The position numbers and the translations under genes are program-made. A stretch of 64,000 nucleotides of DNA, from the NCBI GenBank assembly GCA_964409365.1, contig CAYPCX010000001.1, positions 684 to 64,683 on the forward strand, read 5' to 3'. Under the pieces are notes generated by a model. It was not told where the DNA came from, did not search any database, and saw nothing but the letters and a program-made list of their open reading frames with translations. This DNA is from an uncultured Planctomycetia bacterium (GTDB lineage Bacteria > Omnitrophota > Gorgyraeia > Tantalellales > Tantalellaceae). Below, piece by piece: positions 1 through 12,298 of the stretch (its first letter is position 1; each line of letters begins with the position of its first letter).

Positions 1-658
1 CATAATCCTTGCCGACGAGATAAACAGGGCCCCGGCAAAGGTACAGAGCGCTCTTCTGGAGGCCATGCAGGAACGGCAGGTGACCATCGGGGAGAACACC
101 TTCAAACTGGACGAACCGTTCCTGGTGCTGGCCACGCAGAACCCGATAGAGCAGGAAGGCACGTATCCCCTGCCTGAAGCCCAGGTGGACCGCTTCATGC
201 TCAAGATCAACATCGGGTACCCCAACAGGGAAGAGGAACATAATATACTCAAGAGGATGGCCTACACCAACAAGGTCATCGAGGTGTCCCCGGTGGTATC
301 GCCCAAAAGGATACTCGAGGTCCGCAAGGTCATAGACGAGATATACATCGACGAGAAAATAGAGAAATACATCATCGATATCGTTTTCGCCACGCGCAAA
401 CCGAAAGATTACGGACTTGACGACCTGGAGGGGCTCATAGAGTACGGCGCGTCCCCCCGTGCCAGCATATACCTGGTCCTGGCGGCCAAGGCCTACGCGT
501 TCATCCAGAGGCGCGGGTACGTAACGCCGCAGGACATCAAGTCGATAGGTCCCGACATACTCAGGCACAGGGTCATACCGAGCTATGAGGCGGAAGCGGA
601 AGACAAGACGTCCGAAGACATCATACGGAGGGTTTTCGAGGAGGTGGAGGTTCCGTAA
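1..658 (+). CDS. moxR: MoxR-family AAA+ ATPase (5' end outside window)
   Basis: Frame from nt 2 reads [28 protein letters not shown]...[23 protein letters not shown]...GASPRA, the MoxR signature motifs. Confidence 0.95.
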   Translation, partial: IILADEINRAPAKVQSALLEAMQERQVTIGENTFKLDEPFLVLATQNPIEQEGTYPLPEAQVDRFMLKINIGYPNREEEHNILKRMAYTNKVIEVSPVVSPKRILEVRKVIDEIYIDEKIEKYIIDIVFATRKPKDYGLDDLEGLIEYGASPRASIYLVLAAKAYAFIQRRGYVTPQDIKSIGPDILRHRVIPSYEAEAEDKTSEDIIRRVFEEVEVP

Positions 659-660
659 CT

Positions 661-720
661 GAGGTTCTGGGGACACGTTCCCGTAACGACATGTAGACGA
701 GGGAACATGTCCCCAGAATA
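661..720. repeat. Palindromic intergenic element, family P1, copy 1
   Basis: ttctggggacacgttccc / gggaacatgtccccagaa stem with a catgtagacga-containing loop; second copy at 8846-8906. Confidence 0.85.
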
Positions 721-734
721 TATATTTTTATGCC

Positions 735-1616
735 ATGATTCCAAAAGAAATAATACGGAAGATTCGCAGGATACAGATAACGACCTCGCGGAAGGTTACC
801 GATGTCTTTGCGGGCCAGTACCAGAGCGTCTTCAAGGGGCTCGGCATGGAATTCGACGAGGTCCGCGAGTACACCCCGGGAGACGAGATACGGTCCATCG
901 ATTGGAACGTTACCGCCCGCATGGGGCACCCGTACGTCAAGGTGTTCGTGGAGGAGCGGGAACTCACCATCATGATACTTCTGGACGTGTCCATGTCCCA
1001 GCGTTTCGGCACTACCGGTCGCGTTAAGAGCGAACTCGCGGCGGAGCTCTGTTCGGTGATAGCGTTCTCGGCCATCCAGAACCACGACAAGGTAGGGATG
1101 CTGACGTTCACGGACAGGGTGGAGAAGCTCATACCTCCCAGGAAGGGTATACGGCACGTCCTGAGGGTCATCCGGGAAGCCCTTTACAACAGGCCGCAGG
1201 GGACGGGGACCGACATAAATACCGTTCTGGAGCATCTTAACCGGGTCACGACCAGGAGGACGATCACGTTCGTGATATCGGATTTTTTCGCGCCCGAGTT
1301 CAAGAAAAAACTTTCAATAACGAATAAGCGCCATGATGTCATAGCGGTAACTATCACGGATCCATCCGAGATCGAGCTTCCCGACGCGGGCATCATAAAG
1401 CTGCATGACGCCGAAACGGGGGAACCTTACGTGATAGATTCCTCGGACGTTCAGGTAAGGAAAACCTACGAGGAGCGTGCGCGTAAGATAATGCAAGAGC
1501 GGAAGGAGCTTTTCCGTTCGATCAGTGTGGACAATATCGATATCAGGACCGACCAGTCGTATGTGGAACCCCTTATACGGTTCTTCAGGATGAGGGAGAG
1601 GCGGTTAAGACGGTGA
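735..1616 (+). CDS. DUF58 / vWA-like protein of MoxR operons
   Basis: GMEFDEVREYTPGDEIRSIDWNVTAR motif; directly follows moxR. Confidence 0.93.
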   Translation: MIPKEIIRKIRRIQITTSRKVTDVFAGQYQSVFKGLGMEFDEVREYTPGDEIRSIDWNVTARMGHPYVKVFVEERELTIMILLDVSMSQRFGTTGRVKSELAAELCSVIAFSAIQNHDKVGMLTFTDRVEKLIPPRKGIRHVLRVIREALYNRPQGTGTDINTVLEHLNRVTTRRTITFVISDFFAPEFKKKLSITNKRHDVIAVTITDPSEIELPDAGIIKLHDAETGEPYVIDSSDVQVRKTYEERARKIMQERKELFRSISVDNIDIRTDQSYVEPLIRFFRMRERRLRR

Positions 1617-2584
1617 CGGTCGAAAATTTAAAATTGGAAATGAAAAATTCAAAATTGCGGTATCTTTTTCCGGTTGTGATCCTGTTGCTGGCGGTCTCGT
1701 TCGCACAAGCCGCGGAAGAACGCCAGATGGATATCACCGCCGGCATAGAAAACAAAGAGGTCTATGTAGGCGACAGGATTAAGCTTAACGTCATCGCGGA
1801 GGGTGTGTCCGGATACGAATTGGATTTCCCGGAAGCCCCCGAGAAACCGGGTGAATTCAGTTTCGTGGAATCGTATCCCCTGAGAAAACGCGGGAGGTCC
1901 GCCGGCCGGGTGTACGTGATGAGCATCTATACTACGGGTACGCATGTCATCCCGCCGGTCGAGGTGAAGTACCGCAGGAAAGGGGAAAGCGATTGGCGCA
2001 TTACCCAAAGCCCGCAGGTGCCCGTAGAGATCCTGAGCCTTCTAACGGACGAGGATGACGATATAGTAGGGGTCAAGGGGCTGGTCGCCATAGGGTCTAT
2101 CCTGCCCGGGGTGATCTTTACCTTCCTGGCCGTTTTTGTGATAGCCGTTCTTGTGTTCTATTTTTTCCGGCGCAGAAAGACAGCGTGGGAACGCCTGGAA
2201 GCCATGAGGGTCAAATCCGCGCATGAGATAGCTTATGAACAGCTGAAGCGGCTTAAGAAGGAGGACCTGCCTCACAAGGGCAGGATAAACGAATATTACG
2301 TGAGGCTTTCGGATATCGTCCGCCGTTATCTGGAGAACAGGTTCTCTTACCGGGTCCCCGAGATGACCACGGAGGAGTTCATGGAGACGATAAAGGAAGC
2401 GCCCGAATTGACGGAAGAACACAAGAAACTTTTGAAGAATTTCCTGTCCCATTGTGACATGGTCAAGTTCGCCAAATACGGGCCCACACCGCTCGAGATG
2501 CTAGATAGCTTCCGTGCGGCGGAGGACCTCGTCGACCAGACGAAGTATGTAGAGGAAGCAAAAGACATGGAGAGCGAAGGATGA
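1613..2584 (+). CDS. Bat-operon membrane protein (signal peptide, Ig-like region, one TM helix)
   Basis: Signal peptide, TM segment and C-terminal YY..LSDIVRRYLE..EMTTEE..CDMVKFAK pattern; lies between DUF58 and batA; the start could be 1640. Confidence 0.75.
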   Translation: MTVENLKLEMKNSKLRYLFPVVILLLAVSFAQAAEERQMDITAGIENKEVYVGDRIKLNVIAEGVSGYELDFPEAPEKPGEFSFVESYPLRKRGRSAGRVYVMSIYTTGTHVIPPVEVKYRRKGESDWRITQSPQVPVEILSLLTDEDDDIVGVKGLVAIGSILPGVIFTFLAVFVIAVLVFYFFRRRKTAWERLEAMRVKSAHEIAYEQLKRLKKEDLPHKGRINEYYVRLSDIVRRYLENRFSYRVPEMTTEEFMETIKEAPELTEEHKKLLKNFLSHCDMVKFAKYGPTPLEMLDSFRAAEDLVDQTKYVEEAKDMESEG

Positions 2585-3585
2585 TACGCCTGGCGAACCC
2601 CTGGGTACTGTTTCTGGCAGTGCTTATACCTCTTCTGGTATATCTGGTAGAGAAGTTCGAGAGGCGTTTCCAGGGCACGTTCCGTTTCTCCAACAAGGAT
2701 CTCGTGAGCGACATGAAACCTTCATGGCGCGTGACGCTGGTGCACAACATGTCATACATGCGCGCGGCGGCGCTGCTGTTTTTTATTTTAGCCGTGTCCA
2801 GGCCGCAGGCGGTCCTGGAAGAAACGCGGATCCACGTGGAGGGTATCGACATAGTGCTCGCGGTGGACACCTCGAGCAGCATGCTTGCCATGGATTTCGA
2901 AATGGGAGGCAAAAGGTTCAACCGCCTTGACGTGGTAAAGAACGTCGTCGAGGTCTTTATCGACAAAAGGCCCAATGACAGGATAGGCCTGGTGGCGTTC
3001 TCGGCGCTCGCCTATACAGTGTGCCCGTTAACGCTTGATCATGACTGGCTGGAAAAGAACCTGGAAAGGGTCAGGATAGGGCTGATAAAGGACGGTACGG
3101 CCATCGGATCCGCGATAAGCGCTTCGCTTAACCGGTTAAAGGACAGCGAAACGAAGGAAAAGATCATAATACTGCTTACCGACGGCCGGAACAACGCCGG
3201 CAGGATCTCGCCGATGGCGGCGGCCGAAGCCGCCAGGGCCCTGGGGGTAAGGATATACACGATAGGCGCCGGGACAAAAGGGCTCGCGCCGTATCCGGTC
3301 AAGGACATGTTCGGCAATACGGTCCTGAGGCCGGTGAAGATAGAGATAGACGATGCTCTGCTGAAAAACATCGCGAAGACAACGGACGGGATGTATTTCA
3401 GGGCGACGGATACCGAATCACTGTGGGATATATTTACCGAAATAGACAAGCTTGAGAAGACACCAATGGAAGAGACGGGATACAACACATACAGGGAGCT
3501 TTTCGGATATCTGTTGATACCGGGTCTTTTGATACTGTTTGGTGAAATAGTCCTGTCGAACACGGTCTTTAGGAGGATACCGTAG
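2581..3585 (+). CDS. batA: BatA-like vWA domain protein
   Basis: MIDAS motif DTSSSM, DRIGLVAF, PLTLDH, GTAIG, ILLTDG; N- and C-terminal TM segments. Confidence 0.9.
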   Translation: MIRLANPWVLFLAVLIPLLVYLVEKFERRFQGTFRFSNKDLVSDMKPSWRVTLVHNMSYMRAAALLFFILAVSRPQAVLEETRIHVEGIDIVLAVDTSSSMLAMDFEMGGKRFNRLDVVKNVVEVFIDKRPNDRIGLVAFSALAYTVCPLTLDHDWLEKNLERVRIGLIKDGTAIGSAISASLNRLKDSETKEKIIILLTDGRNNAGRISPMAAAEAARALGVRIYTIGAGTKGLAPYPVKDMFGNTVLRPVKIEIDDALLKNIAKTTDGMYFRATDTESLWDIFTEIDKLEKTPMEETGYNTYRELFGYLLIPGLLILFGEIVLSNTVFRRIP

Positions 3586-4602
3586 ATGAGGTTCGGCGCT
3601 CCGTATATGATGGTATGGTTCTGGACCGTGCTGGCGCTCATTATATTCTACGTGCTGGCGGGACGGGCCCGGGAAAAAGCTCTCAGGCGGTTTGCCGGTG
3701 ATAATATACTGCCTGAGATAGCCGCTTCTTATGACACGGGCAAAAGAAAGCTCAGGAACATCATGATGGTCTTTGCCGTCCTGTTCCTGGTGACGGCCCT
3801 CGTGCGTCCTCAATGGGGGTTCCAGTGGCAGGAAGTGAAAAGGCGCGGCATCGACATACTTATCGCCCTCGATACGTCCAACAGTATGCTGGCGGAAGAC
3901 GTGCTTCCCAGCCGGCTCGACAGGGCCAAGCTCGGGATCAAGGACCTTATAAAAGAGCTTAAGGGCGACAGGATGGGTCTTATTGTTTTTTCCGGCACGG
4001 CGTTCCTGCAATGTCCGCTCACGGTGGATTATGACGGGTTCCTGCTCACGCTTGACGACGTGGACGTGGACACGATACCCGTAGGGGGAACGTCTCTTTC
4101 GAAGGCGATATACACGGCCATCAACAGTTTTGAGGAGTCGCAGACGAAAGACCAGGAGAAGATACTTATTATTATCACCGACGGCGAAGACCTTGAAGGC
4201 GGAGTGGAAAAAGCCGTCGAGAGGGCGAAAGCGAACGGGGTAACGATATTCTGTGTCGGCATAGGCACAAAAGAAGGCGAACTTATACCCAGTTTCGGCA
4301 AGTCCGGCAAATTTGAATTTCTAAAGGACGCCGAAGGTAACGTGGTGAAAACGAAGCTCGATGAGGAACGCTTGCAGAGGATAGCTCTTGAGACGGGAGG
4401 CATGTATGTCCGCGCGACCGGCGCCGAATTCGGCCTGGACCTTATTTACAAAGAAAGATTGTCTAAACTGCAGAAGCAGGAGTTCGAGGCCAGGATGGAA
4501 AAAAGGTACCATGAGAGATTCCAGATCCCCCTGGGCATAGCTATCTTCCTGCTTTTTCTCGAACCTTTGATAGGGGACAGGAGGAGAGGAGCGTCATTGT
4601 AG
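3586..4602 (+). CDS. batB: BatB-like vWA domain protein
   Basis: RPQWG, DTSNSMLAEDVLPSRL, CPLTVD, ITDGED motifs. Confidence 0.9.
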   Translation: MRFGAPYMMVWFWTVLALIIFYVLAGRAREKALRRFAGDNILPEIAASYDTGKRKLRNIMMVFAVLFLVTALVRPQWGFQWQEVKRRGIDILIALDTSNSMLAEDVLPSRLDRAKLGIKDLIKELKGDRMGLIVFSGTAFLQCPLTVDYDGFLLTLDDVDVDTIPVGGTSLSKAIYTAINSFEESQTKDQEKILIIITDGEDLEGGVEKAVERAKANGVTIFCVGIGTKEGELIPSFGKSGKFEFLKDAEGNVVKTKLDEERLQRIALETGGMYVRATGAEFGLDLIYKERLSKLQKQEFEARMEKRYHERFQIPLGIAIFLLFLEPLIGDRRRGASL

Positions 4603-4645
4603 CAAGTATCAAGGAAAAAGGAAAAAGGAAAAAGTATCGGGTGGT

Positions 4646-5911
<1,266 letters not shown>

Positions 5912-5917
5912 CGGGTA

Positions 5918-7786
5918 ATGACAAATAACAAAATTCAAATGACAAAAATACCGGCCATATTTCTTGCCATATTCCTTCTTTTTGGGGGGTATGCGTTCTG
6001 CCAGGATCGGCTTGAGGCGGAACTCGAGATGAGCCATGTGTCCGTGGGCAATCCCCTGTATCTTTATCTGACCTTTCATGGAGCGCAGGATGTGAAAGCG
6101 CCGGAAGTCCCCCCGATGGACGGCCTGAAAATAAAATATGTCGGACCTTCGACCAAGATCACGGTCATAAACGGCAAGGTCTCAAAGTCAGTGACACATA
6201 CGTACCTGATATTCCCGACAAAATCGGGAGAGTTCACCATAGGTCCTTTTTTCGCCGATCATAATGGTGAGATGTACAAGGCTGATACCGTGGATCTGGC
6301 GGTCAACCAGACGCCCGGTTCTTCCAGGGGGAGCGGAGCGACTTCTCCCGGCCCTTCCATCACGTCTTCTTCCGGGGGGAATGAACCGCCGGCGGAGCCT
6401 TACGTGAGCGACAGGGTATTCCTGGTGATGGAAGTCGACAAACGCGAGGTGTACATAAATGAGGTCATTTCGCTTACGTTGAAGTTATACGTCAACCAGA
6501 TGGGGCTCAAAAACATAGAATATCCGGTCATCCCGCATGAAGGGTTCTCGGCCGGGGGCTTTGGTGAGCCTCAAAGAAGCTGGGAGATGTTCCGAGGGAC
6601 CAGGTATGACGTCCTGGTCTTCAGGCAGGACATTTTCGGCATAAAAGAAGGCGATTATGTCCTGGGGCCGGCCAGGATGAAATGCACGCTTATGATACGA
6701 AGCGGGTCCGCGAGACGTTCAGCGCGTTTCGGTATAAGCATATTCGATGACGATTTTTTCTCAAGCAGGTTCAACTATAAATCCTACCCGATCGAGCTGC
6801 TGTCCGAAGAGATACCCGTTGTGATATTGCCCGTTCCGAAAAAAGGAAAACCGGCTGATTACCAGGGCGGCGTAGGCGATTTCACGCTGGACGTGGATGT
6901 GGAGCCAAAAAATGTCAAGGTAGGTGATCCGATAACCGTGCGGATGACCATCGGCGGAAGGGGGAACCTGGATACGGTGACCGCTCCGACTTTCGGCTCG
7001 CTCGATGGATTCAAGACATATGAACCACAGGTGTCCAAGAAAGGTTACCAGAAGACATACGAGCAGGTCCTGATACCGAAAACGGCTGATATCAAGGAAG
7101 TGCCGGAGGTATCATTGAGCTTTTTCAACCCGCACACGAAGAAGTACGAAACGCTGCGTAAAGGCCCGTTCAAGATAGAGGTCGTAAAAGGACCCGAGAC
7201 GGAAGCGGCGGTGAAGATGGTGGCCATGCCGGGAACGGAGAAGGTATTCTATCCCGAGGAGAAGTTCGGAGAGGACATAATCCATATAAAAGAGAATATC
7301 GGCCGGCTGGACCGTAAGGATTCCTGCCTTTACAGTAATCCCGTTTTCTGGGGCGGGCAGGTCCTGCCGCTGGTGATATTCGCGGTCTTTTTTGTCCAGT
7401 ACAGGGAAAAGCAAAGGATACGTACCGACGAAAGTTACGCGCGTTTTCTGAAAGCCCCCCGGAAGGCCCGAAAAGGTATTGCAAGGGCAGGGGCGTATCT
7501 CGCCAAAGGCGATGAGACGGCTTTTTACGATACTATCTTCAAAACGCTCCAGGATTACCTGGGAGGGAGGTTCGGTCTTCCCAAGGGGAGCGTGACAAGC
7601 CAAATAGTGGATGAAAAGCTCCGCCCGGCGGGTTGTGACGAAGACATGATGGATATGCTTCGCGATGTTTTTTCCAAATGCGAGGTGGCGCGTTACGCGT
7701 CTTTTATACCCGGCGAGGGGGACACCGCGAAAGTCCTTGAAGAAGTGAAAAAAGTAATAGTTTATCTGGAGAGGATCAGGTTGTAG
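5918..7786 (+). CDS. batD: BatD-like protein
   Basis: Signal peptide, repeated Ig-like BatD modules (GGVGDF, VKVGDPITV, GNL), TM helix near the C-terminus; operon context. Confidence 0.85.
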   Translation: MTNNKIQMTKIPAIFLAIFLLFGGYAFCQDRLEAELEMSHVSVGNPLYLYLTFHGAQDVKAPEVPPMDGLKIKYVGPSTKITVINGKVSKSVTHTYLIFPTKSGEFTIGPFFADHNGEMYKADTVDLAVNQTPGSSRGSGATSPGPSITSSSGGNEPPAEPYVSDRVFLVMEVDKREVYINEVISLTLKLYVNQMGLKNIEYPVIPHEGFSAGGFGEPQRSWEMFRGTRYDVLVFRQDIFGIKEGDYVLGPARMKCTLMIRSGSARRSARFGISIFDDDFFSSRFNYKSYPIELLSEEIPVVILPVPKKGKPADYQGGVGDFTLDVDVEPKNVKVGDPITVRMTIGGRGNLDTVTAPTFGSLDGFKTYEPQVSKKGYQKTYEQVLIPKTADIKEVPEVSLSFFNPHTKKYETLRKGPFKIEVVKGPETEAAVKMVAMPGTEKVFYPEEKFGEDIIHIKENIGRLDRKDSCLYSNPVFWGGQVLPLVIFAVFFVQYREKQRIRTDESYARFLKAPRKARKGIARAGAYLAKGDETAFYDTIFKTLQDYLGGRFGLPKGSVTSQIVDEKLRPAGCDEDMMDMLRDVFSKCEVARYASFIPGEGDTAKVLEEVKKVIVYLERIRL

Positions 7787-7789
7787 GTT

Positions 7790-8042
7790 TCAAAAGACAG
7801 AGGGAAGTGTCAGAGTAACAAGGAAAAAGGATAAAGGATAAAGTAGCAAGGGACAAGGAAAAAGTGTCGGGGACAGGTTACAATGTTGGATCTTTGATTG
7901 CAAAGAGCTAAGTGCATAGAGCAAAGAATTACAGTTTTACGCTGTACGCTATGCCCTTTGCGCTATGCTTTTTTCACGGGTTACTGGAAACTGGTTGCTG
8001 GTGTCAGAAGACAGAGGACAGAGGACAGAGGATAGAAGACAG
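7790..8042. repeat. Heptamer-mosaic intergenic region containing a ~94-bp block (7883-7977) repeated at 14960-15053
   Basis: gatctttgattgcaaagagctaag.gcatagagcaaag..ttacagttttacgctgtacgctatgccctttgcgctatgcttttt occurs at both loci. Confidence 0.9.
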
Positions 8043-8834
8043 ATGATAGGACGGAAAACAATACTGCGAATATGCGTGATCACGGGGTTATTTCTTTTTG
8101 CGGCGTGTACCTGTCACGGAGCGGGTGAAGACCGCGAAGCGAAAGTAAGTCCCGAGCGGCTTTTCGGAAGAGGTAACGACTACTACGAAAAAGGCGAATA
8201 TGACAAAGCCGCGGAAGAATACGGCAAGGTACTGGCTGAAGGCTATGAAAGCGGACCGCTTTATTTCAATCTGGGTAACGCGTACTTCAAGGACGGGAAG
8301 CTGGGGGAAGCCATACTGAATTATAAGCGCGCTAAACGGTTAATGCCGCGCGATGCCGATCTTAACGCGAACCTGAGATTCGCCCGGGCGAAGGTAAAAG
8401 GCGGGCAGCTGCGCGCGAAAGGTATATGGAAATGGCGACCTTTAAGGATGTATGCGGGAAACCTTACTGTCAACGAGCTTTTGTGGTTGTCTTCGGGTAT
8501 GTATCTTTTTATAGTGGTCCTTTTGTTTATGTCCGTGGTGTTCGCGGGCAAGAGGCGTTTCCTGACCTCGGTCGCGGTGCTGGCGGCCGTTATGGTACTT
8601 TTGAATTCCGCCGTGGCCTTCCGGAAAATAAACGTAGAACGCAAGATGGCCGTTGTCGTCGTGCCGAGCGTGGACGCGAAATTCGGACCGTTCGAGACGG
8701 CAACGAAGTTCTTCAATCTGGACGAGGGGATGATCGTGCTGGTAGTCGCTAAAAAAGACGATTGGCGCAAGGTAGAGCGGTCGGACGGTAAGACGGGTTG
8801 GGTGAAAGCGAACGAAGTGGAGAAGGTGCGGTAA
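8043..8834 (+). CDS. batE: BatE-like TPR + SH3 protein
   Basis: TPR (GNDYY, YFNLGNAYFK), two TM segments and C-terminal SH3-like (GKTGWV); ATG 8043 preferred over the repeat-derived 7965 start. Confidence 0.85.
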   Translation: MIGRKTILRICVITGLFLFAACTCHGAGEDREAKVSPERLFGRGNDYYEKGEYDKAAEEYGKVLAEGYESGPLYFNLGNAYFKDGKLGEAILNYKRAKRLMPRDADLNANLRFARAKVKGGQLRAKGIWKWRPLRMYAGNLTVNELLWLSSGMYLFIVVLLFMSVVFAGKRRFLTSVAVLAAVMVLLNSAVAFRKINVERKMAVVVVPSVDAKFGPFETATKFFNLDEGMIVLVVAKKDDWRKVERSDGKTGWVKANEVEKVR

Positions 8835-8845
8835 AACAGGGAATG

Positions 8846-8906
8846 GAGGTTCTGGGGACACGTCTGTGTAGGAGGCATGTAGACGAGCAGACATGTCCCC
8901 AGAATA
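8846..8906. repeat. Palindromic intergenic element, family P1, copy 2
   Basis: ttctggggacacgtctg / cagacatgtccccagaa, with compensatory changes relative to copy 1. Confidence 0.85.
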
Positions 8907-8913
8907 TATTATT

Positions 8914-11900
8914 ATGAATAATTCATTACGAGAGAAACTCAAGACGGATCTGGTGCTTCTGGACGGGGCATTCGGCACTTACATCCAGTCGTTCGGCCTG
9001 GCCGACGCTGATTTCCGAGATAAACCCGGTTGCATGGAATATCTTGCTTTTACCCGGGCCGATCTTATAGGCAAGGTCCACGGCGATTATCTCGAGGCCG
9101 GAAGCGACGCAGTGGAGACGAATACTTTCGGGGCGAATGCCGTGAAGCTCGCCGAGTATGGTTTAGCCGGGGACGTGTACGACGTGAACCTTACGGCGAC
9201 CAGACTGGCCAGGAACGTGGCCGATGATTTTTCGACGTCTTCAAGGCCGAGATATGTGATAGGTACTATGGGGCCCACGGGAAAACTTCCCTCGTCCCTG
9301 GATCCGGTGCTGGGAAATATCGCTTATGACGAGCTTAAGGCGATATTCCGCGATCAGGCTCTTGGTATTATCGACGGCGGCGCGGACGCGTTACTGGTAG
9401 AGACCGGCCAGGACCTCCTAGAGATGAAGGCCGCCGTAAGCGGCGCGAAAGAGGCCATGGAACGGAAAAAGAAGGACCTTGTGCTCATGGCTCAATGCAC
9501 GCTCGCGAATAACGGGCGCATGCTGCTGGGTACGGAGATGTCAGCGGTGGCCGCAGTGATGGGATATCTCGGGGTCGACGTAGTAGGTCTGAACTGCAGT
9601 ACGGGTCCGGTGGAGATGGAAGGGGTTTTGCGTTACCTGAAAGACCACTGTCCCGTTCATGTGTCATGCGTTCCGAACGCGGGTCTGCCCGTCGAGGTGG
9701 ACGGGAAAGCAGAATATCCTATGAAGCCCGGCCAGATGGCGGATATAATGGCGCGTTTCGTAAAAAAGTACCAGCTGGACGTTATAGGGGGCTGCTGCGG
9801 CACCAATCCCGAGCACATAAAGCACATACGTGAGGCGATCAAAAGCGTGAAAAAACGGGAACCCGCCCCCGGCCGTCTTTTCGCTTCTTTTTACCAGGGG
9901 TTCGACCTGGACAGCATCGAGCGCCCGGTGAAGGTCGGCGAACGTATCAATACCCAAGGCTCGAGGAAGATGAAGGAGCTGCTGGTAAACGAGGATTACG
10001 ACGGTATTATCGAGCTGGGTAAGGAGCAGCAAAGGGCCGGGTCCGAGATCATAGACGTCTCTTGCGTCCTCACGGAAAGACACACTGAAAAAAGGGACGC
10101 CTGTTTGCTCACCAGGCGTCTTGCCGAAAGCGTTCAGGTCCCCCTCATGGTGGATTCGACGGATACCGCGGTGATAGAAGAAGCGCTCCGTAACTACCCC
10201 GGGACCGCTTTCATCAATTCAGCGAATCTCGAGGACGGAGGCGAAAAAGCGCGGAAGATATTCTCGCTGGCAAAAGAGCACGCTTCCTTTGTCGTTAATC
10301 TCGTGATAGACGAAAAGGGAATGGCCAGAGATGTTGAGCGTAAACTGGAGATAGCTGGCCGGCTGTACGACATGGCCGTGAAAGAATATTCCCTGGAACC
10401 GCACAGGCTGCTTTTCGACATGCTGACTTTCACCCTCGGTACGGGAGAAAAAGAGTACCGGGATTCTGCCGTGAACATCTTTGAAGCCATAAAGAGATTA
10501 AAAGAGAAGCACCCCGGGATCCTCACGGTCCTGGGCGTGAGCAACATATCTTTCGGTCTCCGGAAGGAAGCGCGCAGGGTGATCAACATGGTATTCCTTC
10601 ACCATGCCGTCAAAGCGGGTCTGGATATGGCTATCGTCAATCCGGCGGAATACGTCGAATACGGCAAGATCCCGGCGAAAGACAGGAAAATGGCGGAAGA
10701 CCTTATCTTCAACAGAGATGAGGAGGCGCTGCATCGTCTGGTAGAGCATTTCGCCGCTAAAAAGCCCGCCGGACCGGCAGTGGCGGGACCCGGGAAGAAG
10801 CCGGCCATGAGGGTCGAAGAAAGATTGAAAAGGTGCGTGTTCGACAGGGATAAGACCGGTATCATCCCGCTCGTGGACGAGGCTTTGAAGAGGATACCTC
10901 CCGAAGAGATAATAAACGGCGTACTCATGGACGCCATGAAAGAAGTGGGTGAGAGACTGGATAGCGGCGAGACGGTCCTTCCGTACGTTCTGCAGTCGGC
11001 TGAGGTGATGCGCAAGGCCATAGAACACCTCGAGGACTTTATCCCGAAAGAGACCGTGCAAAAGCGCGGAAAAGTGCTCCTGGCCACGGTATTCGGAGAC
11101 GTGCATGATATAGGCAAGAACCTGGTGAAGATGGTGCTTGAGAACAACGGTTTCACCGTCATAGACCTGGGCAAACAGGTCCCGGTGGACAGGATAGTGG
11201 AAGAAGCCGGGAAGAACAAAGTGGACGCCGTGGGCCTCAGCGCGCTCCTTGTTTCCACCGCGCGCCACATGAAGACGTGCGTGCAGTCGATGCACGACGC
11301 GGGGCTCGAGTATCCTCTCATCCTCGGCGGGGCGCCCGTGAACGAACGTTTCGCTAAAGAAGCTTCGGCACTTGATGATGAGAGTGTTTACAGGGGAGGG
11401 GTATTCTACGCCAGGGACGCTTTTACGGGGCTGAAGATAATGCAGGCGCTTATGGATTCCGGGAAAAGAAAAGAGGCGATGGATGCCTATTTCAGGCATA
11501 CAGAGAAGGAAATAGCCGGACATGAAAAGGCGCCGGCCGGGATGAAAAGACCTTCCGGGAAGGCTCCCGCTGAAGTGCCGGCCGCGCCGTTCTATGGGGT
11601 GCGGCCCCTTTCGAGTATACCCGCGGATGAGGTCTTCGACCTGCTTGACGAAAGAGCGCTTTTCGAGTCGTCATGGGGCGCGAAGCTCAAGGACGGCAAA
11701 GAGAAACGCCGCGTGATCGAAAAAGAATTCCGGCCGCTTCTCGCGGAACTGAAAGAGGAATCCCTGCGCAAGGGATGGCTGGACCTCAAGGCCGTTTACG
11801 GGTATTTCAGCTGCCGGGTTAAAGACGAAGAGATGGGCGTTGTGGATGAATCCGGCAAGGTCTTGGAGACATTTCATCTAGAGCGCTCGAAAGACGAAAA

Positions 11901-12297
11901 AGCCCTTGCGCTTACGGATTATTTTGCTCCAAGAGACGTCGTGGCTTTCCAGGCAGTGACCGTGGGGGATAAGATAAACGATGCTATAGGCGGGCTGAAC
12001 GAAGAAAAAGAGTTCACCCGCGCGTTCTTCCTTCACGGGCTCAGCGTACATCTCGCCGAAGCCCTGGCCGAATACGTTCACGGGAAGATACGCGAAGAGC
12101 TTAAGCTGAAAAAGGCACAGGGAAAGAGATACAGCCCCGGGTATCCGTTATGGAAGGACCTGGAAGACCAGGTAAAGCTGTTTCGCCTGTTGGATGTTGA
12201 AAGACGTCTGGGAATTCATCTTACCGAAGCATTTCAAATGGTCCCCGAACAGTCGACCACTGCCATGATAGTGCATAACGATAAAGCCGAGTATTAA
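8914..12297 (+). CDS. metH: Cobalamin-dependent methionine synthase
   Basis: Homocysteine domain (LLDGA.G, ETNTFG, GLNC, GGCCGT), pterin-binding domain (GERIN), B12 motif GDVHDIGKNLV, activation domain (RYSPGYP, PEQST). Confidence 0.96.
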   Translation: MNNSLREKLKTDLVLLDGAFGTYIQSFGLADADFRDKPGCMEYLAFTRADLIGKVHGDYLEAGSDAVETNTFGANAVKLAEYGLAGDVYDVNLTATRLARNVADDFSTSSRPRYVIGTMGPTGKLPSSLDPVLGNIAYDELKAIFRDQALGIIDGGADALLVETGQDLLEMKAAVSGAKEAMERKKKDLVLMAQCTLANNGRMLLGTEMSAVAAVMGYLGVDVVGLNCSTGPVEMEGVLRYLKDHCPVHVSCVPNAGLPVEVDGKAEYPMKPGQMADIMARFVKKYQLDVIGGCCGTNPEHIKHIREAIKSVKKREPAPGRLFASFYQGFDLDSIERPVKVGERINTQGSRKMKELLVNEDYDGIIELGKEQQRAGSEIIDVSCVLTERHTEKRDACLLTRRLAESVQVPLMVDSTDTAVIEEALRNYPGTAFINSANLEDGGEKARKIFSLAKEHASFVVNLVIDEKGMARDVERKLEIAGRLYDMAVKEYSLEPHRLLFDMLTFTLGTGEKEYRDSAVNIFEAIKRLKEKHPGILTVLGVSNISFGLRKEARRVINMVFLHHAVKAGLDMAIVNPAEYVEYGKIPAKDRKMAEDLIFNRDEEALHRLVEHFAAKKPAGPAVAGPGKKPAMRVEERLKRCVFDRDKTGIIPLVDEALKRIPPEEIINGVLMDAMKEVGERLDSGETVLPYVLQSAEVMRKAIEHLEDFIPKETVQKRGKVLLATVFGDVHDIGKNLVKMVLENNGFTVIDLGKQVPVDRIVEEAGKNKVDAVGLSALLVSTARHMKTCVQSMHDAGLEYPLILGGAPVNERFAKEASALDDESVYRGGVFYARDAFTGLKIMQALMDSGKRKEAMDAYFRHTEKEIAGHEKAPAGMKRPSGKAPAEVPAAPFYGVRPLSSIPADEVFDLLDERALFESSWGAKLKDGKEKRRVIEKEFRPLLAELKEESLRKGWLDLKAVYGYFSCRVKDEEMGVVDESGKVLETFHLERSKDEKALALTDYFAPRDVVAFQAVTVGDKINDAIGGLNEEKEFTRAFFLHGLSVHLAEALAEYVHGKIREELKLKKAQGKRYSPGYPLWKDLEDQVKLFRLLDVERRLGIHLTEAFQMVPEQSTTAMIVHNDKAEY

Positions 12298-12298
12298 C

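Noticed and set aside
8846-8913. SAM or cobalamin riboswitch upstream of metH
   Set aside because: It is too short, lacks the consensus motifs, and the same element occurs inside the Bat operon.
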